Origin: Alphaproteobacteria bacterium | GTDB lineage: Bacteria; Pseudomonadota; Alphaproteobacteria; MPNO01 | Length of the DNA: 64,000 nucleotides | Assembly: GCA_964291675.2 (NCBI GenBank) | Contig: OZ219866.1 | Span: 1,152,001-1,216,000 of the forward strand | Direction: 5' to 3' | Part shown: piece after piece, positions 40,884 through 51,308 of the stretch | How the letters are laid out: every line of letters begins with the position of its first letter | How positions within the stretch are numbered: the first letter of the stretch is position 1 | The notes under the pieces: generated by a model | Database searches by the model: none | The model's input: only the letters and a program-made list of their open reading frames with translations | What the model was told of the DNA's origin: nothing | Translations under genes and position numbers: made by a program

Positions 40884-41557
40884 TGCCAATCGAGATCGAT
40901 GCGCGGCCGCTCTATGCGGCTGGCCCGAATGCGAAGCGCTCTCGCGCGCGGCTCCTGCTCGCGAATCCAGGCTTCGTGAGTTTCCGCGAAAATGTAGTCA
41001 ATGCGATCCAGCATGTCCGTCCTGTCGAATAGCGCTTCCAGGATGTCGAGCTCGGCGCCTTCTATATCGACCTTCAATATCCCGATGTCTTCATTCAGCT
41101 CTTCCAGGTATCTCACAAAATCAATTTGCCGAACCGGTTCAGCCCCCTCTTCGACGACATCCGGCTTGGTCGCGATCACCGAGCTGGATTGCGACTTGAG
41201 AAGGGGATTTTGCATGTATTCGGCATGTCGGTAGAGCAGAACATTACCATCGCTTGTGCCGGCGGCGGCCTTCTCGATCCTCACATTGTCGTATCGGGCC
41301 ACTGCGCTCCGGAGAGCCGCGTACGCGGTCGAATCGGGCTCGAAAGCGATGACCTGTCTCGCCCTGCGCGCCATCTTCGTCGTGTACTTGCCGATGTTGG
41401 CGCCCAAGTCGATCGACGTCTTGCCCGTGGTTGCCCTTATCGCTTTGTCGAAGCGCATGTCCAACTGTCGGGCGAGATACTTTCGCTGGGATCGCCGCCC
41501 CCGTTCTCCTGGCAGGCGACGCAACATACGGTGCTTTATCAGACTCATCATTAGCAT
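40880..41557 (-). CDS. FkbM family methyltransferase
   Basis: IDLGANIG, AFEP, LKVDIEGAE; lower GC. Confidence 0.9.
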   Translation of the reverse strand: MLMMSLIKHRMLRRLPGERGRRSQRKYLARQLDMRFDKAIRATTGKTSIDLGANIGKYTTKMARRARQVIAFEPDSTAYAALRSAVARYDNVRIEKAAAGTSDGNVLLYRHAEYMQNPLLKSQSSSVIATKPDVVEEGAEPVRQIDFVRYLEELNEDIGILKVDIEGAELDILEALFDRTDMLDRIDYIFAETHEAWIREQEPRARALRIRASRIERPRIDLDWH

Positions 41558-41687
41558 TTCTCACGGATCCCCACAAAGCGGAACACTTGGAAAGGTCGTG
41601 ATCGTGTCTTGCCACGCGGTCTCAAGGCTAAGGGAGTTGCGTGAACAGTCGAAGACACGTCTACGTGATGTGGTCAACTCCCACGTC

Positions 41688-43625
41688 CTAGAGATTCGCC
41701 TCGCACCATGCCGCCAGCGCGACCCGGCGGAAGGCGATGCGCCGCGATCCCGCTCCTTCGAGGCGCTGCCGGCCGGTGCCCGGCGCGTCCGGGTCGATCA
41801 CGCCGTGGCGCAGCGCCGTGCTCCGCGACATCAGGTCCTCCGCCCACTCCCTGAGCGGTCCCCTGAGCCAGGAACGGACGGGCGCGCCGAACCCGTGCTT
41901 GGGCCTCTCGAACAGGGGTGGCGGGACGTGGCGGGCCAGGACCCGGCGCAATACGCGCTTGGTCTCCGCCGCATCCGTCTTCATGGCCGGCGGCAGGCGG
42001 AACGCGAATTCGACGACCCGGTGGTCCAGCACCGGCACCCTGACCTCCAGCGACTCGGCCATGCTGGCGCGGTCCACCTTGGTCAGGATGTCGTCCGGCA
42101 GGTAGCCCGACGCGTCGATGAATTGCTGGCGCTCCGACGGCGTGAGCGATTCGCATCGATCCATCCAGCCCTCGACAAGATCCACCGCGATCCTCGGTCC
42201 GGCGATCCTGCGGCCGGACAGGCCGACCCGACCGTGCGCCAGGGCGTGATGGAGCTTGCCGGGGTTGTGCATCCCGCGGGCGAGCATCTTGATGTCTCCG
42301 GCCGATAGCGGCCCCCGCGCCGACCCGTTCATTGCCGGAAGCCGGCCCAGCGCCGCCCTCAGGGAGCTGGGCAAAATCGGCACGACGCGGTGGAACAGCG
42401 CCCTGACGACCGGGTTGAAGCCCAGCGCCGGGTGGTCGAACACGCGTTCCGCCGACAGGTGACGGCCATAGCCGCCGAACAGCTCGTCCCCGCCGTCGCC
42501 CGACAGCGCGACGGTCACGTCCTGCCGCGCGAGGCGGGACAGGAGCCGGGTCGGCAGCAGCGACGGATCGGCGAACGGCTCGTCGTGATGGCCCATGATC
42601 GCCGGCCCGTGCTCGCCGATCTCGTCGGGCGTGACATAGTGTTCGCGGTGGTCGGTCCCGAGATGACGGGCGACGGCGCGGGCGTAGGGGGCCTCGTCGA
42701 AGGAGCCCTCGGAAAAGCCGATGGTGAAGGTCCTCACCGGCCCGGGGGACTGGCGCTGCATCAGCGCGACCACAGTGGACGAATCGATGCCGCCCGACAG
42801 GAGCGCGCCGAGCGGGACGTCGGAGACCATGCGCCGCTTCACCGCGTCCGACAGCAGGCGTTCGAGCTCCTCGGCCGCTTCCTCCACGCTCCCCGGGAAG
42901 CGGTCGGCGGCGCCCTGCCGCGCCGCATCGGCGAGCGTCCAGTAGGGCGCGATCTCGACCCGGTCGGGCGCATCGGCCTCCACCCGGAGGACGGTCCCCG
43001 GTTCGAGCTTGCTCACGCCGCGCCAGATGCTGTAGGGCGCCGGGATGTAGTCGAGCGCGAGAAACGCATCGATTGCGTCCCGGTCGATCGCGGCCTCGAA
43101 CCGGGGATGGGAGCGCAGCCCGGTCAGCTCCGAGGCGAAAGAGAACCGCTCGGGGCTCGCGCGGTAGTAGAGCGGCTTGATGCCGATGCGGTCGCGCACC
43201 AGCCAGAGCCGCCGGCCCGCGCGGTCCCACACCGCGAAGGCGAACATGCCGGTCAGCCGCCTGGCGGCGGTCTCCACCCCCCAGGCGGCGCAGGCTTCGA
43301 GCAGCGCCTCGGTGTCGGAGCGGCCGCGGAACCGGACGCCCCGCGCCGCCAGCTCCGCCCGCAGCTCGGCCGCGTTGTAGATCTCGCCGTTATAGGCGAT
43401 CGCGAGGCGCCCGCAGGCGGACACCATCGGCTGCGTGCCGGCCGGGGAGAGGTCGACGATCGACAGCCTGCGGTGCCCGAGGCCGACCCCCGCGGCGGCA
43501 TCCGTCCAGACGCCGTCGGCGTCGGGTCCGCGATGCGCCAGGGGGGCGGCCATCCCCCGCGCGGTCTCTTCCAGCGCCCGGGCGGATCGCACGCCGCGCT
43601 CGACGACTCCCGCGATACCGCACAC
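41688..43625 (-). CDS. asnB: Asparagine synthase (glutamine-hydrolysing)-like amidotransferase
   Basis: N-terminal CGIAG, HRGPD, NGEIYN, LSGGIDSS, SGDGGDELFGGY, KVDRASM. Confidence 0.9.
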   Translation of the reverse strand: MCGIAGVVERGVRSARALEETARGMAAPLAHRGPDADGVWTDAAAGVGLGHRRLSIVDLSPAGTQPMVSACGRLAIAYNGEIYNAAELRAELAARGVRFRGRSDTEALLEACAAWGVETAARRLTGMFAFAVWDRAGRRLWLVRDRIGIKPLYYRASPERFSFASELTGLRSHPRFEAAIDRDAIDAFLALDYIPAPYSIWRGVSKLEPGTVLRVEADAPDRVEIAPYWTLADAARQGAADRFPGSVEEAAEELERLLSDAVKRRMVSDVPLGALLSGGIDSSTVVALMQRQSPGPVRTFTIGFSEGSFDEAPYARAVARHLGTDHREHYVTPDEIGEHGPAIMGHHDEPFADPSLLPTRLLSRLARQDVTVALSGDGGDELFGGYGRHLSAERVFDHPALGFNPVVRALFHRVVPILPSSLRAALGRLPAMNGSARGPLSAGDIKMLARGMHNPGKLHHALAHGRVGLSGRRIAGPRIAVDLVEGWMDRCESLTPSERQQFIDASGYLPDDILTKVDRASMAESLEVRVPVLDHRVVEFAFRLPPAMKTDAAETKRVLRRVLARHVPPPLFERPKHGFGAPVRSWLRGPLREWAEDLMSRSTALRHGVIDPDAPGTGRQRLEGAGSRRIAFRRVALAAWCEANL

Positions 43626-43689
43626 CCAACGCGCACCATGGTCGACCGAGCCTCAATCATAGATTGCATGTCGGCAAGACGCAACGCCG

Positions 43690-45006
43690 CTACCCCGCCA
43701 TCAGCCGCGGCAGCCAGGTGACCGCGGCGGGGACGGCCATCAGGAAGGCGAGGATGCCGATCTCCAGCACGACGAACGGCGCGACGGCGGCGTAGATCTG
43801 GCCCATCGTGGTGTCGGGCGGGGCGACGCCGCGCATGACGAAGAGCAGCATGCCGAAGGGCGGGGTGGTCTGGCCGATCTCCAGCGCCAGCAGCATCAGC
43901 ACGCCGAACCAGATCAGGTCGATGCGGATCAGCTCGGCCAGCGGGATGAAGAAGGGCAGGGTGATCAGCATGATGCTCACCGGGTCCATGAAGCAGCCCA
44001 TCAGCAGCATCAGCGCCATCATCGCGATCAGCAGGGAGAGCGGCGTCGGGTCGATCTGCTGGATCAGCGAGAGCAGCCCGGCGGTAGCGCCGGAGAACGA
44101 CAGGATCTGCGAGAAGGTGAGCGAGGCGGCGATGATGAAATAGATCATCACCGCGAGCTTCCCGGTCTCGACCATCGCGGTCCACAGGCCCTTCCAGCTC
44201 AGCGAGCGGTAGCACGCGGCGGCCAGCACGGCCCCGATCGCGCCGAGCGAGGCCGACTCGGTGGGGGTGGCGACGCCGAACAGGATGCTGCCCACGACGA
44301 CGGCGAACAGGCTGAGCAGCGGGACCACGTAGATCAGCACCGGGCGCACGCGCTGCCACAGCCCGACATCGGGCATCTCGTAGCGCGGCGCCAGCGACGG
44401 GTTGAGCCGGCAGCGGATCATCACATAGGAGAAGTGGACCGCCGCCATGATCAGCCCGGGGATGGCGCCGGCGATCAGGATGGCGGCGATCGAGATCCCC
44501 GACAGGCTGCCGAGCAGCACCGCCAGGCTCGATGGCGGGATCAGCATGGCGATCCCGCCGGTCCCCAGGATCGGACCCATCGCCATCGAGTTGTGGTAGC
44601 CGCGCCGGCGCATCTCGGGCATCAGCGTGGTGCCGAGCAGGGCGGTGTTCGCCATGCTCGAGCCGGACAGCGTCGAGAACACCGTTCCGCCCGCCACCGC
44701 CACCAGCGACAGTCGCCCCGGAACCCGTGCGATCAACTGGTCGACCGCGTCGATCGCGCGGATCGCGACCCCGGTATGGAACAGGATCTCGCCCATCAGG
44801 ATGAACATCGCGACCGGGGCGAGCGCGAAGCGCACCAGCCCGTCGACCACGTTGCGCTCGAGCTGGATCAGCCCCGCCCCGCCGCCGAGGAACAGCATCG
44901 CGCCGATGATGTTGGCGCTGAAAAAGGCGATCGCCACGGGCACGCCGAGGAACATCGGCACCAGCACCATGCCGAGCAGCAGGACCAGCGCCCAGTACCA
45001 CTCCAT
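43690..45006 (-). CDS. dctM: TRAP transporter large permease
   Basis: SGSS.A, LIPPS, TPTE, TPPFG. Confidence 0.9.
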   Translation of the reverse strand: MEWYWALVLLLGMVLVPMFLGVPVAIAFFSANIIGAMLFLGGGAGLIQLERNVVDGLVRFALAPVAMFILMGEILFHTGVAIRAIDAVDQLIARVPGRLSLVAVAGGTVFSTLSGSSMANTALLGTTLMPEMRRRGYHNSMAMGPILGTGGIAMLIPPSSLAVLLGSLSGISIAAILIAGAIPGLIMAAVHFSYVMIRCRLNPSLAPRYEMPDVGLWQRVRPVLIYVVPLLSLFAVVVGSILFGVATPTESASLGAIGAVLAAACYRSLSWKGLWTAMVETGKLAVMIYFIIAASLTFSQILSFSGATAGLLSLIQQIDPTPLSLLIAMMALMLLMGCFMDPVSIMLITLPFFIPLAELIRIDLIWFGVLMLLALEIGQTTPPFGMLLFVMRGVAPPDTTMGQIYAAVAPFVVLEIGILAFLMAVPAAVTWLPRLMAG

Positions 45007-45009
45007 CGC

Positions 45010-45534
45010 TCAGAACGCCTCCGGCCGCTCGCCGTGCGGCGCCCCGGCGCCGGCGTCGGGGCCGAGCGAGCGGACCAGCTGGCGCACCGCCTCGACGAGG
45101 AACAGCGCCATCCCGCCCGGCACCACCGCCATCGGGATCCACTCCTTGATGTCGAAGGACTTGTAGAGCGTCGAGTCCTCGACCCAGGCGAGATGGGTGG
45201 TGACCGCGCCGAAATAGACGATGACCGCCGCCGCGGCGACGATCACCAGGTTGATGCCGATCCTGAACCGCCAGTAGAGCCGCGGCGGCAGGGCGCCGAG
45301 CACGAGGTCGACGGTGACATGGCGCCCGATGCTGAGGATGTAGGCCGCGCCCACCATGGTGAGGGTGAGCAGCCCATACTCGACCGCCTCCAGCATCCAG
45401 TAGAAGCCGGACAGGCCGAGATTGCGCGCCGCCACCTCGGCCGCGACGCCGACCGCCAGCAGGGCCACGATCACCCCCGGCAGCACCCCGGTGAAGGCGA
45501 GCAGCCGGTCAAACAGACCGCCGGTTTTCCACAT
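45010..45534 (-). CDS. dctQ: TRAP transporter small permease
   Basis: 4 TM; HV.VD motif; position between dctP and dctM. Confidence 0.85.
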   Translation of the reverse strand: MWKTGGLFDRLLAFTGVLPGVIVALLAVGVAAEVAARNLGLSGFYWMLEAVEYGLLTLTMVGAAYILSIGRHVTVDLVLGALPPRLYWRFRIGINLVIVAAAAVIVYFGAVTTHLAWVEDSTLYKSFDIKEWIPMAVVPGGMALFLVEAVRQLVRSLGPDAGAGAPHGERPEAF

Positions 45535-45601
45535 CCGACCGCCCCAGCGCCATGGGCGGCGGGGCGCGCGGGCGCATGCCCGCGCCCCGCCCCGCGCCGC
45601 G

Positions 45602-46579
45602 CTACTTGCCGATCAGGGCGCGCAGCTTCTTGCCGACCACGGGATCGCGCTTCTCCACCACGTCCCATTGCGCGGTGTAGGCGAGATCGAGGAATTTCTG
45701 CGAGTCGGCATCCGACAGCTTGAGCAGCTTCATGCCCTTCTCGCTGACCAGCCGGTCGCCGATCGCCCGGTCCTTGCGGCCGAGATCGGCGGAGAGCTCG
45801 GTCTCGAGATAGAGGCCCGTCCTGGTCAGCACGTCCTGCTGCCTGGCGTCGAGCTTCTTCCATTTGCCGATATTGACGCCGACCACGATGATCGGATGGT
45901 AGAAGCCGGGCACCAGCTTGTACTTCGAGACCTCGAACCAGCCCTGCGACATCACCTCGCTGTCGAGGTTGGCATAGGCTTCGACCGCGCCGCGCTCCAT
46001 GGCGGTGAAGATCTCGCGCCTCGGCATGTTGAGGGTCCGCGCACCGAGCGCGTCGAAGAACGCCTTGTAGGTGTTCGACGTGCGCATCTTGAGGCCCTTG
46101 AAGTCGGCCAGCGACTTGATCTCGGTGTTGGTGTAGATGTGGAACACGATGTCGCCGCCATACATCGACAACAGGTGCATGTTGGCCTGCTTGGCGAACA
46201 GCTCCCTGAAGATGTCCCAGGCGCCGTTCTCGCGCATCTCGGGCGCCGACTTGGTGGTCGGGGTGAACCCGGTCGCGAGCTTGACCAGGTTCGCCATATA
46301 GGCGGGCGGCGTGCCCGCGAGGTCGAGCAGCCCGGTCTTGACCGCGTTGCCGAGCTGGCGCGACGGGATCGCCTCCGGCCCCACGACCTGGCCGATCTGG
46401 ATCGCCCCCTTGCCGTCGGCGTTGACCTTGGCGACGAACGAGTCGAAGGCCTGCCGGGTGAGCGACTGCTTGTTGCTGATGAAATAGCCGGCCTTGAGGC
46501 TGACTTCGGCGGCGGCGACGCCGGTGGCGACGCATAGCGCGCCGGCGGCCATCGCCGCGGCGGCGAGCGATACTCTCAT
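45602..46579 (-). CDS. dctP: TRAP transporter substrate-binding protein
   Basis: Signal peptide; DFKGLKMR; EIFTAMERG. Confidence 0.9.
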   Translation of the reverse strand: MRVSLAAAAMAAGALCVATGVAAAEVSLKAGYFISNKQSLTRQAFDSFVAKVNADGKGAIQIGQVVGPEAIPSRQLGNAVKTGLLDLAGTPPAYMANLVKLATGFTPTTKSAPEMRENGAWDIFRELFAKQANMHLLSMYGGDIVFHIYTNTEIKSLADFKGLKMRTSNTYKAFFDALGARTLNMPRREIFTAMERGAVEAYANLDSEVMSQGWFEVSKYKLVPGFYHPIIVVGVNIGKWKKLDARQQDVLTRTGLYLETELSADLGRKDRAIGDRLVSEKGMKLLKLSDADSQKFLDLAYTAQWDVVEKRDPVVGKKLRALIGK

Positions 46580-46757
46580 CGGCTTCCTCCCTCGGGATAT
46601 TCGACTGCCACCGCGAGACGGTGCCCGACGCCGGACTCGGTGTCAATCGAACCCGCCCGCCCTCGCCTTCGCATTTGGCGTGGCACCGCTCGGGCTCTCA
46701 TGTCAATATGCCGCGCTTCTTGCGCCCACCAAGTCTTCGAACGGGGAGAATTGCCGT

Positions 46758-47411
46758 ATGCTCAGATTTTCAGAAGAAATTATGCTTCTATTGTTGAGCG
46801 ACAACGGTGGGAAGTTTGTCGACGTGCCGGCGGCTTCGCTCGATTGCGCCCTCGCCGGCGCGGTCCTGATGGATCTGGCCCTGGAAAACCGGATCGACAC
46901 CGATCCGCAGCGCCTGTTCGTGGTCGATCCGACGCCGCTCGGCGACGATCTGCTCGATCCGACGCTCGCGCGCATCGTTGCGTCCGGCGAGACCCACGAC
47001 ACCGCCCAATGGATCAGGGCGACCACCGACCAGGCCGACGCGATCCACGACCGTTCCCTCGACCGGCTGGTCGAGCGCGGCATCTTGCGGCGCGAGGACG
47101 ACCGCTTCATGTGGGTGTTCAAGTCGCGCCGCTACCCGGTGATCGACGACCAGACCATCCGCGAGGTCAAGCTCCGCCTCATGGGCGTCCTGTTCAGCGA
47201 CGACATCCCCGACGCGCGCGACATATTGCTTATCTCCCTTTCCGACGTTTGCGGCATTTTCGCAAGCCTGCTATCCAGCTCCGAGCTGGATGCGGCCGCC
47301 GAGCGTATCGGCCAGGTCCGCAAGCTGGATCTGCTGGGCCGCGAGGTCACCAGCGCGGTACGGGAGATCGAGGCCTCCCTCGCCATGGCGGTGGCGATGC
47401 CGATGCATTGA
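46758..47411 (+). CDS. GPP34/GOLPH3-like family protein
   Basis: EEIMLLLL.D..G, LAGAVLMDLAL..RI, L.ERGIL..E..F.WVF..RRYP. Confidence 0.8.
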   Translation: MLRFSEEIMLLLLSDNGGKFVDVPAASLDCALAGAVLMDLALENRIDTDPQRLFVVDPTPLGDDLLDPTLARIVASGETHDTAQWIRATTDQADAIHDRSLDRLVERGILRREDDRFMWVFKSRRYPVIDDQTIREVKLRLMGVLFSDDIPDARDILLISLSDVCGIFASLLSSSELDAAAERIGQVRKLDLLGREVTSAVREIEASLAMAVAMPMH

Positions 47412-47545
47412 GGCGCAACGGCGCGGCCGCGCGCGGACCGGCCGCGCCGTCCGACCGAACCCGATGCCATCGCCCGGGAACGGGCCCGGCACCGTAGCGA
47501 AAAAAAGGTGGTATACACACCGCACGCAGCTTGGAGACGAAGACC

Positions 47546-47884
47546 ATGGATGTGACGACGGAACGTCAGGAGGGCGTCTTGACCGCCCAGGTGGGCGGGC
47601 GTATCGACGGCTCGAACGTCGCCCAGTTCGAGGAGGCGATCCGGACGGCGATCGACGAGACCGACCGCGCCGTGCTGATCGACTGCGAGAATCTCGGCTA
47701 TATCAGCAGTGCCGGGCTTCGCGCCGTGCTGATGACCGCCAAGACCCTGTCGAGCCGGAACGCCAAGTTCGCGCTGTGCTCCATGTCCGATCCGATCCGC
47801 GAAGTCTTCCAGATCAGCGGTTTCGACAAGATCGTCGCGATCCACGCCTCGCGCGCGGAAGCGCTCGCCTCCTTCGACTCCTGA
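47546..47884 (+). CDS. STAS domain anti-sigma factor antagonist
   Basis: GRIDG, YISSAGLR, EVFQISGFD; paralog of 15194. Confidence 0.9.
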   Translation: MDVTTERQEGVLTAQVGGRIDGSNVAQFEEAIRTAIDETDRAVLIDCENLGYISSAGLRAVLMTAKTLSSRNAKFALCSMSDPIREVFQISGFDKIVAIHASRAEALASFDS

Positions 47885-47901
47885 GAACGCGGCCCCGCCG
47901 C

Positions 47902-48888
47902 TTACCCGGCAGACCCGGGCCGCGTCGACGTGGAGGCCCGGATGAACCGGGCGGCGGTGCCGACATACCAGGGCAGCCGGCCGCCCCTGCCGTGAAACCC
48001 GACATGGCCGCCGCCCCGGGTGACGACGATTTCCAGCGGCGGCCGCGCGGCGAGGACGGGCGGCGGCACCCAGGGATCGTCGTCCGCGTGCAGCACCAGC
48101 GTCGGCACGCGGAGCGCGCCGATCGTGCGGCCCGGCGAGCAGCGCGCGTAGTACGCCGCCGCATCGCGGAACCCCGCTTCGCCCGCGGTGAACGCATCGT
48201 CGAACTCGCGGATGTGGCGCGCGCCGAGCAGGGCGCTCCGCACGTCGGGCGGCGCGTGGCGCCACACCGGCTCCGATTCCTCGCGCAGGCGCGCCAGCAG
48301 CCATCTCTCGTATAGACGGTTGCGCGGCCGGGCGATGCGGTCCGCGGTCGCCGCGAGGTCGACCGGTGCCGAGACCGCGACCACCGCCCTGACCGCCGGC
48401 GGCAGGCCGGGCGAAGCGGCGAGGCGGAGCGCGAGCGCGCCGCCGAGCGAATACCCGAGGATGGCGATGCCGCGTTCGCGGATGCCGGCGTCGAGCCCGG
48501 CGACCGCGCGGCAGGCATCGGCGAGGTCGCCCACCCTGTCCATGTGGTAGTGGCCGCGCGCGAGCGACCGGCCGGGCGCCGAGCCCCTGAGGTTGAGCCG
48601 CACCACCGCGGCGCCGGCGGCGAGAAACGCGCCCGCCGCTTGCAGAACGTGCCGGCTCCCCTCGCAGCCGGTCAGCCCGGGCACCAGCACGACCGCCGGC
48701 GCCGGCTCGCGCGCCGCGTGGTAGCGGGCGACCAGCCGGTCGCCGCTGCCGTCGCCGAGCGCGATCTCGAAACGCTCGCCCGAGCCCGGCGGGATCCCGG
48801 CCAGCCGGAAGGGCAGCACGTTGCGCACCGTCTGGAGGTCGGCGCCGAGCCAGGGCCAGCGCCGGCGGAAGGGGGGATCGGACGTCAT
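47902..48888 (-). CDS. YheT-family alpha/beta hydrolase
   Basis: LQT, GLTG..S, NLRG, GYSLGG, DDP, GGHVGF. Confidence 0.85.
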   Translation of the reverse strand: MTSDPPFRRRWPWLGADLQTVRNVLPFRLAGIPPGSGERFEIALGDGSGDRLVARYHAAREPAPAVVLVPGLTGCEGSRHVLQAAGAFLAAGAAVVRLNLRGSAPGRSLARGHYHMDRVGDLADACRAVAGLDAGIRERGIAILGYSLGGALALRLAASPGLPPAVRAVVAVSAPVDLAATADRIARPRNRLYERWLLARLREESEPVWRHAPPDVRSALLGARHIREFDDAFTAGEAGFRDAAAYYARCSPGRTIGALRVPTLVLHADDDPWVPPPVLAARPPLEIVVTRGGGHVGFHGRGGRLPWYVGTAARFIRASTSTRPGSAG

Positions 48889-49070
48889 CGCCCGTCAGAA
48901 ACGCAGCCGGCGCGACTTCGCGCAAGCCCGGCGCGGCCGCGCGTCCGTGGATACGCCCGCCTGTCCTGCCGGACCCGTTCCGGGCCGGCGGCGATGTCCC
49001 GCCTCCGCCGCGCCACGCCCGGGTCCGGACGATATGACGGCGGTCGGGCCGGATGCGCTATAACCCGGGC

Positions 49071-49763
49071 ATGTGCGGCCGCTTCACCCAGCGCTTTTCC
49101 TGGCGCGAGCTCCACGAGCTCCTGGACCTCGCCGGCCCGGCCGCCAATCTCCGGCCGCGCTACAACGTGGCGCCCGGCCAGGCCGTCGCGGCGGTACGCG
49201 AGGACGGCGGCGCGCGCCGTCTCGCGATGCTGCGCTGGGGCCTGATCCCGGCATGGGCCAGGGACGCCAGGATCGCCTACAGGCTGATCAACGCCCGGTC
49301 GGAGACGGCGGGCGAGAAGCCGTCCTTCCGCGCCGCGATGCGCGCGCGCCGCTGCCTGATACCGGCCGACGGCTTCTACGAATGGACGCGGCGCGGCAAG
49401 ATCCGCCAGCCTTGGCTGATCGCGAGGGAGGACGGCACCCCGTTCGTCTTCGCCGGGCTGTGGGAGCGCTGGACGGTGCCGCGCGGCGCCGGTCTCACGG
49501 GCTCGCTCGCGGAGCTCCGGCCGGGCGAGGAGGTCGAGACCTGCACGATCCTGACCGCCGCCGCGAACCGGGCGCTGGCCCCGCTCCACCCCCGCATGCC
49601 GGCGATCCTGGCGCCGGACTCCTTCGATCCGTGGCTGCGCGGCGAGGCGGTGCCGCTCGGCCCCTGCCCGTCCGACGGCATCGTCTTCCACCCGGTGAGC
49701 ACGCTGGTCAACAAGCCCGCCAACGACGACCCGCGCTGCATCGAGCCGGTCGCGCTGCCCTGA
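49071..49763 (+). CDS. SOS response-associated peptidase (SRAP/YedK)
   Basis: Starts MCGRF; YNVAP, WGLIP, INAR.E, GFYEW, H.RMP. Confidence 0.9.
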   Translation: MCGRFTQRFSWRELHELLDLAGPAANLRPRYNVAPGQAVAAVREDGGARRLAMLRWGLIPAWARDARIAYRLINARSETAGEKPSFRAAMRARRCLIPADGFYEWTRRGKIRQPWLIAREDGTPFVFAGLWERWTVPRGAGLTGSLAELRPGEEVETCTILTAAANRALAPLHPRMPAILAPDSFDPWLRGEAVPLGPCPSDGIVFHPVSTLVNKPANDDPRCIEPVALP

Positions 49764-49784
49764 GTCCCGGCGCGGCGGGGCGGG

Positions 49785-50246
49785 TCAGGGCCGGTATTTC
49801 TCCGGCGGCTGGGGGTTGTTCGCCGGGTCGGTGTCGTGCCGGGCGATGCGCCTGACCGCCGGGCCGCCGGCGAGCGGCTTGAGCGCCGCCTCCAGCGCGT
49901 CGGCCCGCTCGCGGTCGTAGACCTCCTCGCCGGCGACGCGGAGCGAGAACGAGCGCAAATATCTCGCCTTCTTGGCGGGGTTCTCGACGGTCGCCCTGGT
50001 CCAGGCATAGAGCGGGTACGAGGCGATCCCGAGCCGCTCCGCCTCGGCGCAATAGCCGGCGAAGGCATCGTACTGGCAGACCAGGCTCGCCTCGTGGCGC
50101 GCGAGTATCGCCCGGACCGGTTCGAGGTCTGGGTCGGCGTCCCCGCGGCGCGCCGCCTCGGCGGCTCCGTCCGCCAGCTCGACGCGGATCTGGTACAGCC
50201 ATTGCCGCGCGCCCCCGGCGCCGGCCTCGCGGCCCGGCTCGACCAC
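49785..50246 (-). CDS. Hypothetical protein
   Basis: Coherent GC3-biased frame (YQIRV..CQYDAFAGY..YPLY.WT..DTDPANNPQPP). Confidence 0.65.
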   Translation of the reverse strand: MVEPGREAGAGGARQWLYQIRVELADGAAEAARRGDADPDLEPVRAILARHEASLVCQYDAFAGYCAEAERLGIASYPLYAWTRATVENPAKKARYLRSFSLRVAGEEVYDRERADALEAALKPLAGGPAVRRIARHDTDPANNPQPPEKYRP

Positions 50247-50365
50247 TCGACGGTCCTCCCCGCGTTGCCGATCCCGGCCGCCGCCGTCCGGCGATGGCGG
50301 CGACCGCGTGCGTCATGTTACATCATCGCCCGCCCGCCGCACCCCGCCCGGAAGGAATGCCGCCG

Positions 50366-51253
50366 ATGACCCGCATCGACATCCAGTTCTCCCTGTTCTC
50401 CGCCTTCTATTCGCCGCTGATCGCGACCATGGCCGGCGGCTTCCTGGCCGAGGAGGGGCTGGAGCCCGCCTGGTCGGTTGCCGAGCCCGGGGTGTCCGCC
50501 ATCGCGGCGCTGAAGGACGGCTCGGCGCATGTCGTGCAGTCGGCGCCGAGCCAGGCCTTCGGGCCGCTGTCCCGGGGCGAGGACCCGGGCGCGGTCCATT
50601 TCGCCCAGATCAACGAGACCGACGGGTTCTTCCTGACCGGGCGCGAGCCGGACCCGGCGTTCGACTGGCGCAATCTCGAAGGCGCCGAGGTGGTGCTGTT
50701 CGGCGGCGGCCAGCCGCTCGCCATGTTCAAATACGCCTGCCACAGGGCGGGCATCGACTACGCGCGCATCGAGGCGGTCCACCCCGGCAACGCCGCCGAG
50801 ATCGACCGCGCCTTCCGCGACGGCCACGGCGCCTATGTCCAGCAGCAGGGCCCGTTCCCGCAGCAGCTCGAAGCCGACGGGGTGGGCCATGTCGTGGCCG
50901 AAGTCGGCCGGCAGGTCGGCGCCTGCGCCTTTTCCAGCCTGTGCGCCCGCCCGGACTGGCTGGAGACCGACATGGCGCGGGCCTTCACCCGCGCCTATCG
51001 CCGGGCCCGCGCCTGGCTCAACGAGACGCCGGCGGCCGGGATCGCCCGCGCGGAAAAGCCCTATTTCCCGGAGATCGACCCGGCGGTGCTGGAGCGCTGC
51101 GTCGCGACCTACCAGCGCCTCGGCTGCTGGACGCCGCATATCGAGATCACCCCGGCGGCGTTCGAGGCGACGCTGGACATCTTCGCCCATAACGGCCTGA
51201 TCGACACCCGCTTCCCCTACGACCGGGTCTGCGCCGCACCGCCCCGGGGGTAG
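50366..51253 (+). CDS. ABC transporter substrate-binding protein (NMT1/THI5-like)
   Basis: AFYSPL..GF..EGL, FAQIN..DGF; no permease genes adjacent. Confidence 0.75.
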   Translation: MTRIDIQFSLFSAFYSPLIATMAGGFLAEEGLEPAWSVAEPGVSAIAALKDGSAHVVQSAPSQAFGPLSRGEDPGAVHFAQINETDGFFLTGREPDPAFDWRNLEGAEVVLFGGGQPLAMFKYACHRAGIDYARIEAVHPGNAAEIDRAFRDGHGAYVQQQGPFPQQLEADGVGHVVAEVGRQVGACAFSSLCARPDWLETDMARAFTRAYRRARAWLNETPAAGIARAEKPYFPEIDPAVLERCVATYQRLGCWTPHIEITPAAFEATLDIFAHNGLIDTRFPYDRVCAAPPRG

Positions 51254-51308
51254 CGCCCCGGCTCCGAAGCGGCGGGCCTGCGACGCCGTGTCACGTTACC
51301 CGCCGCGC

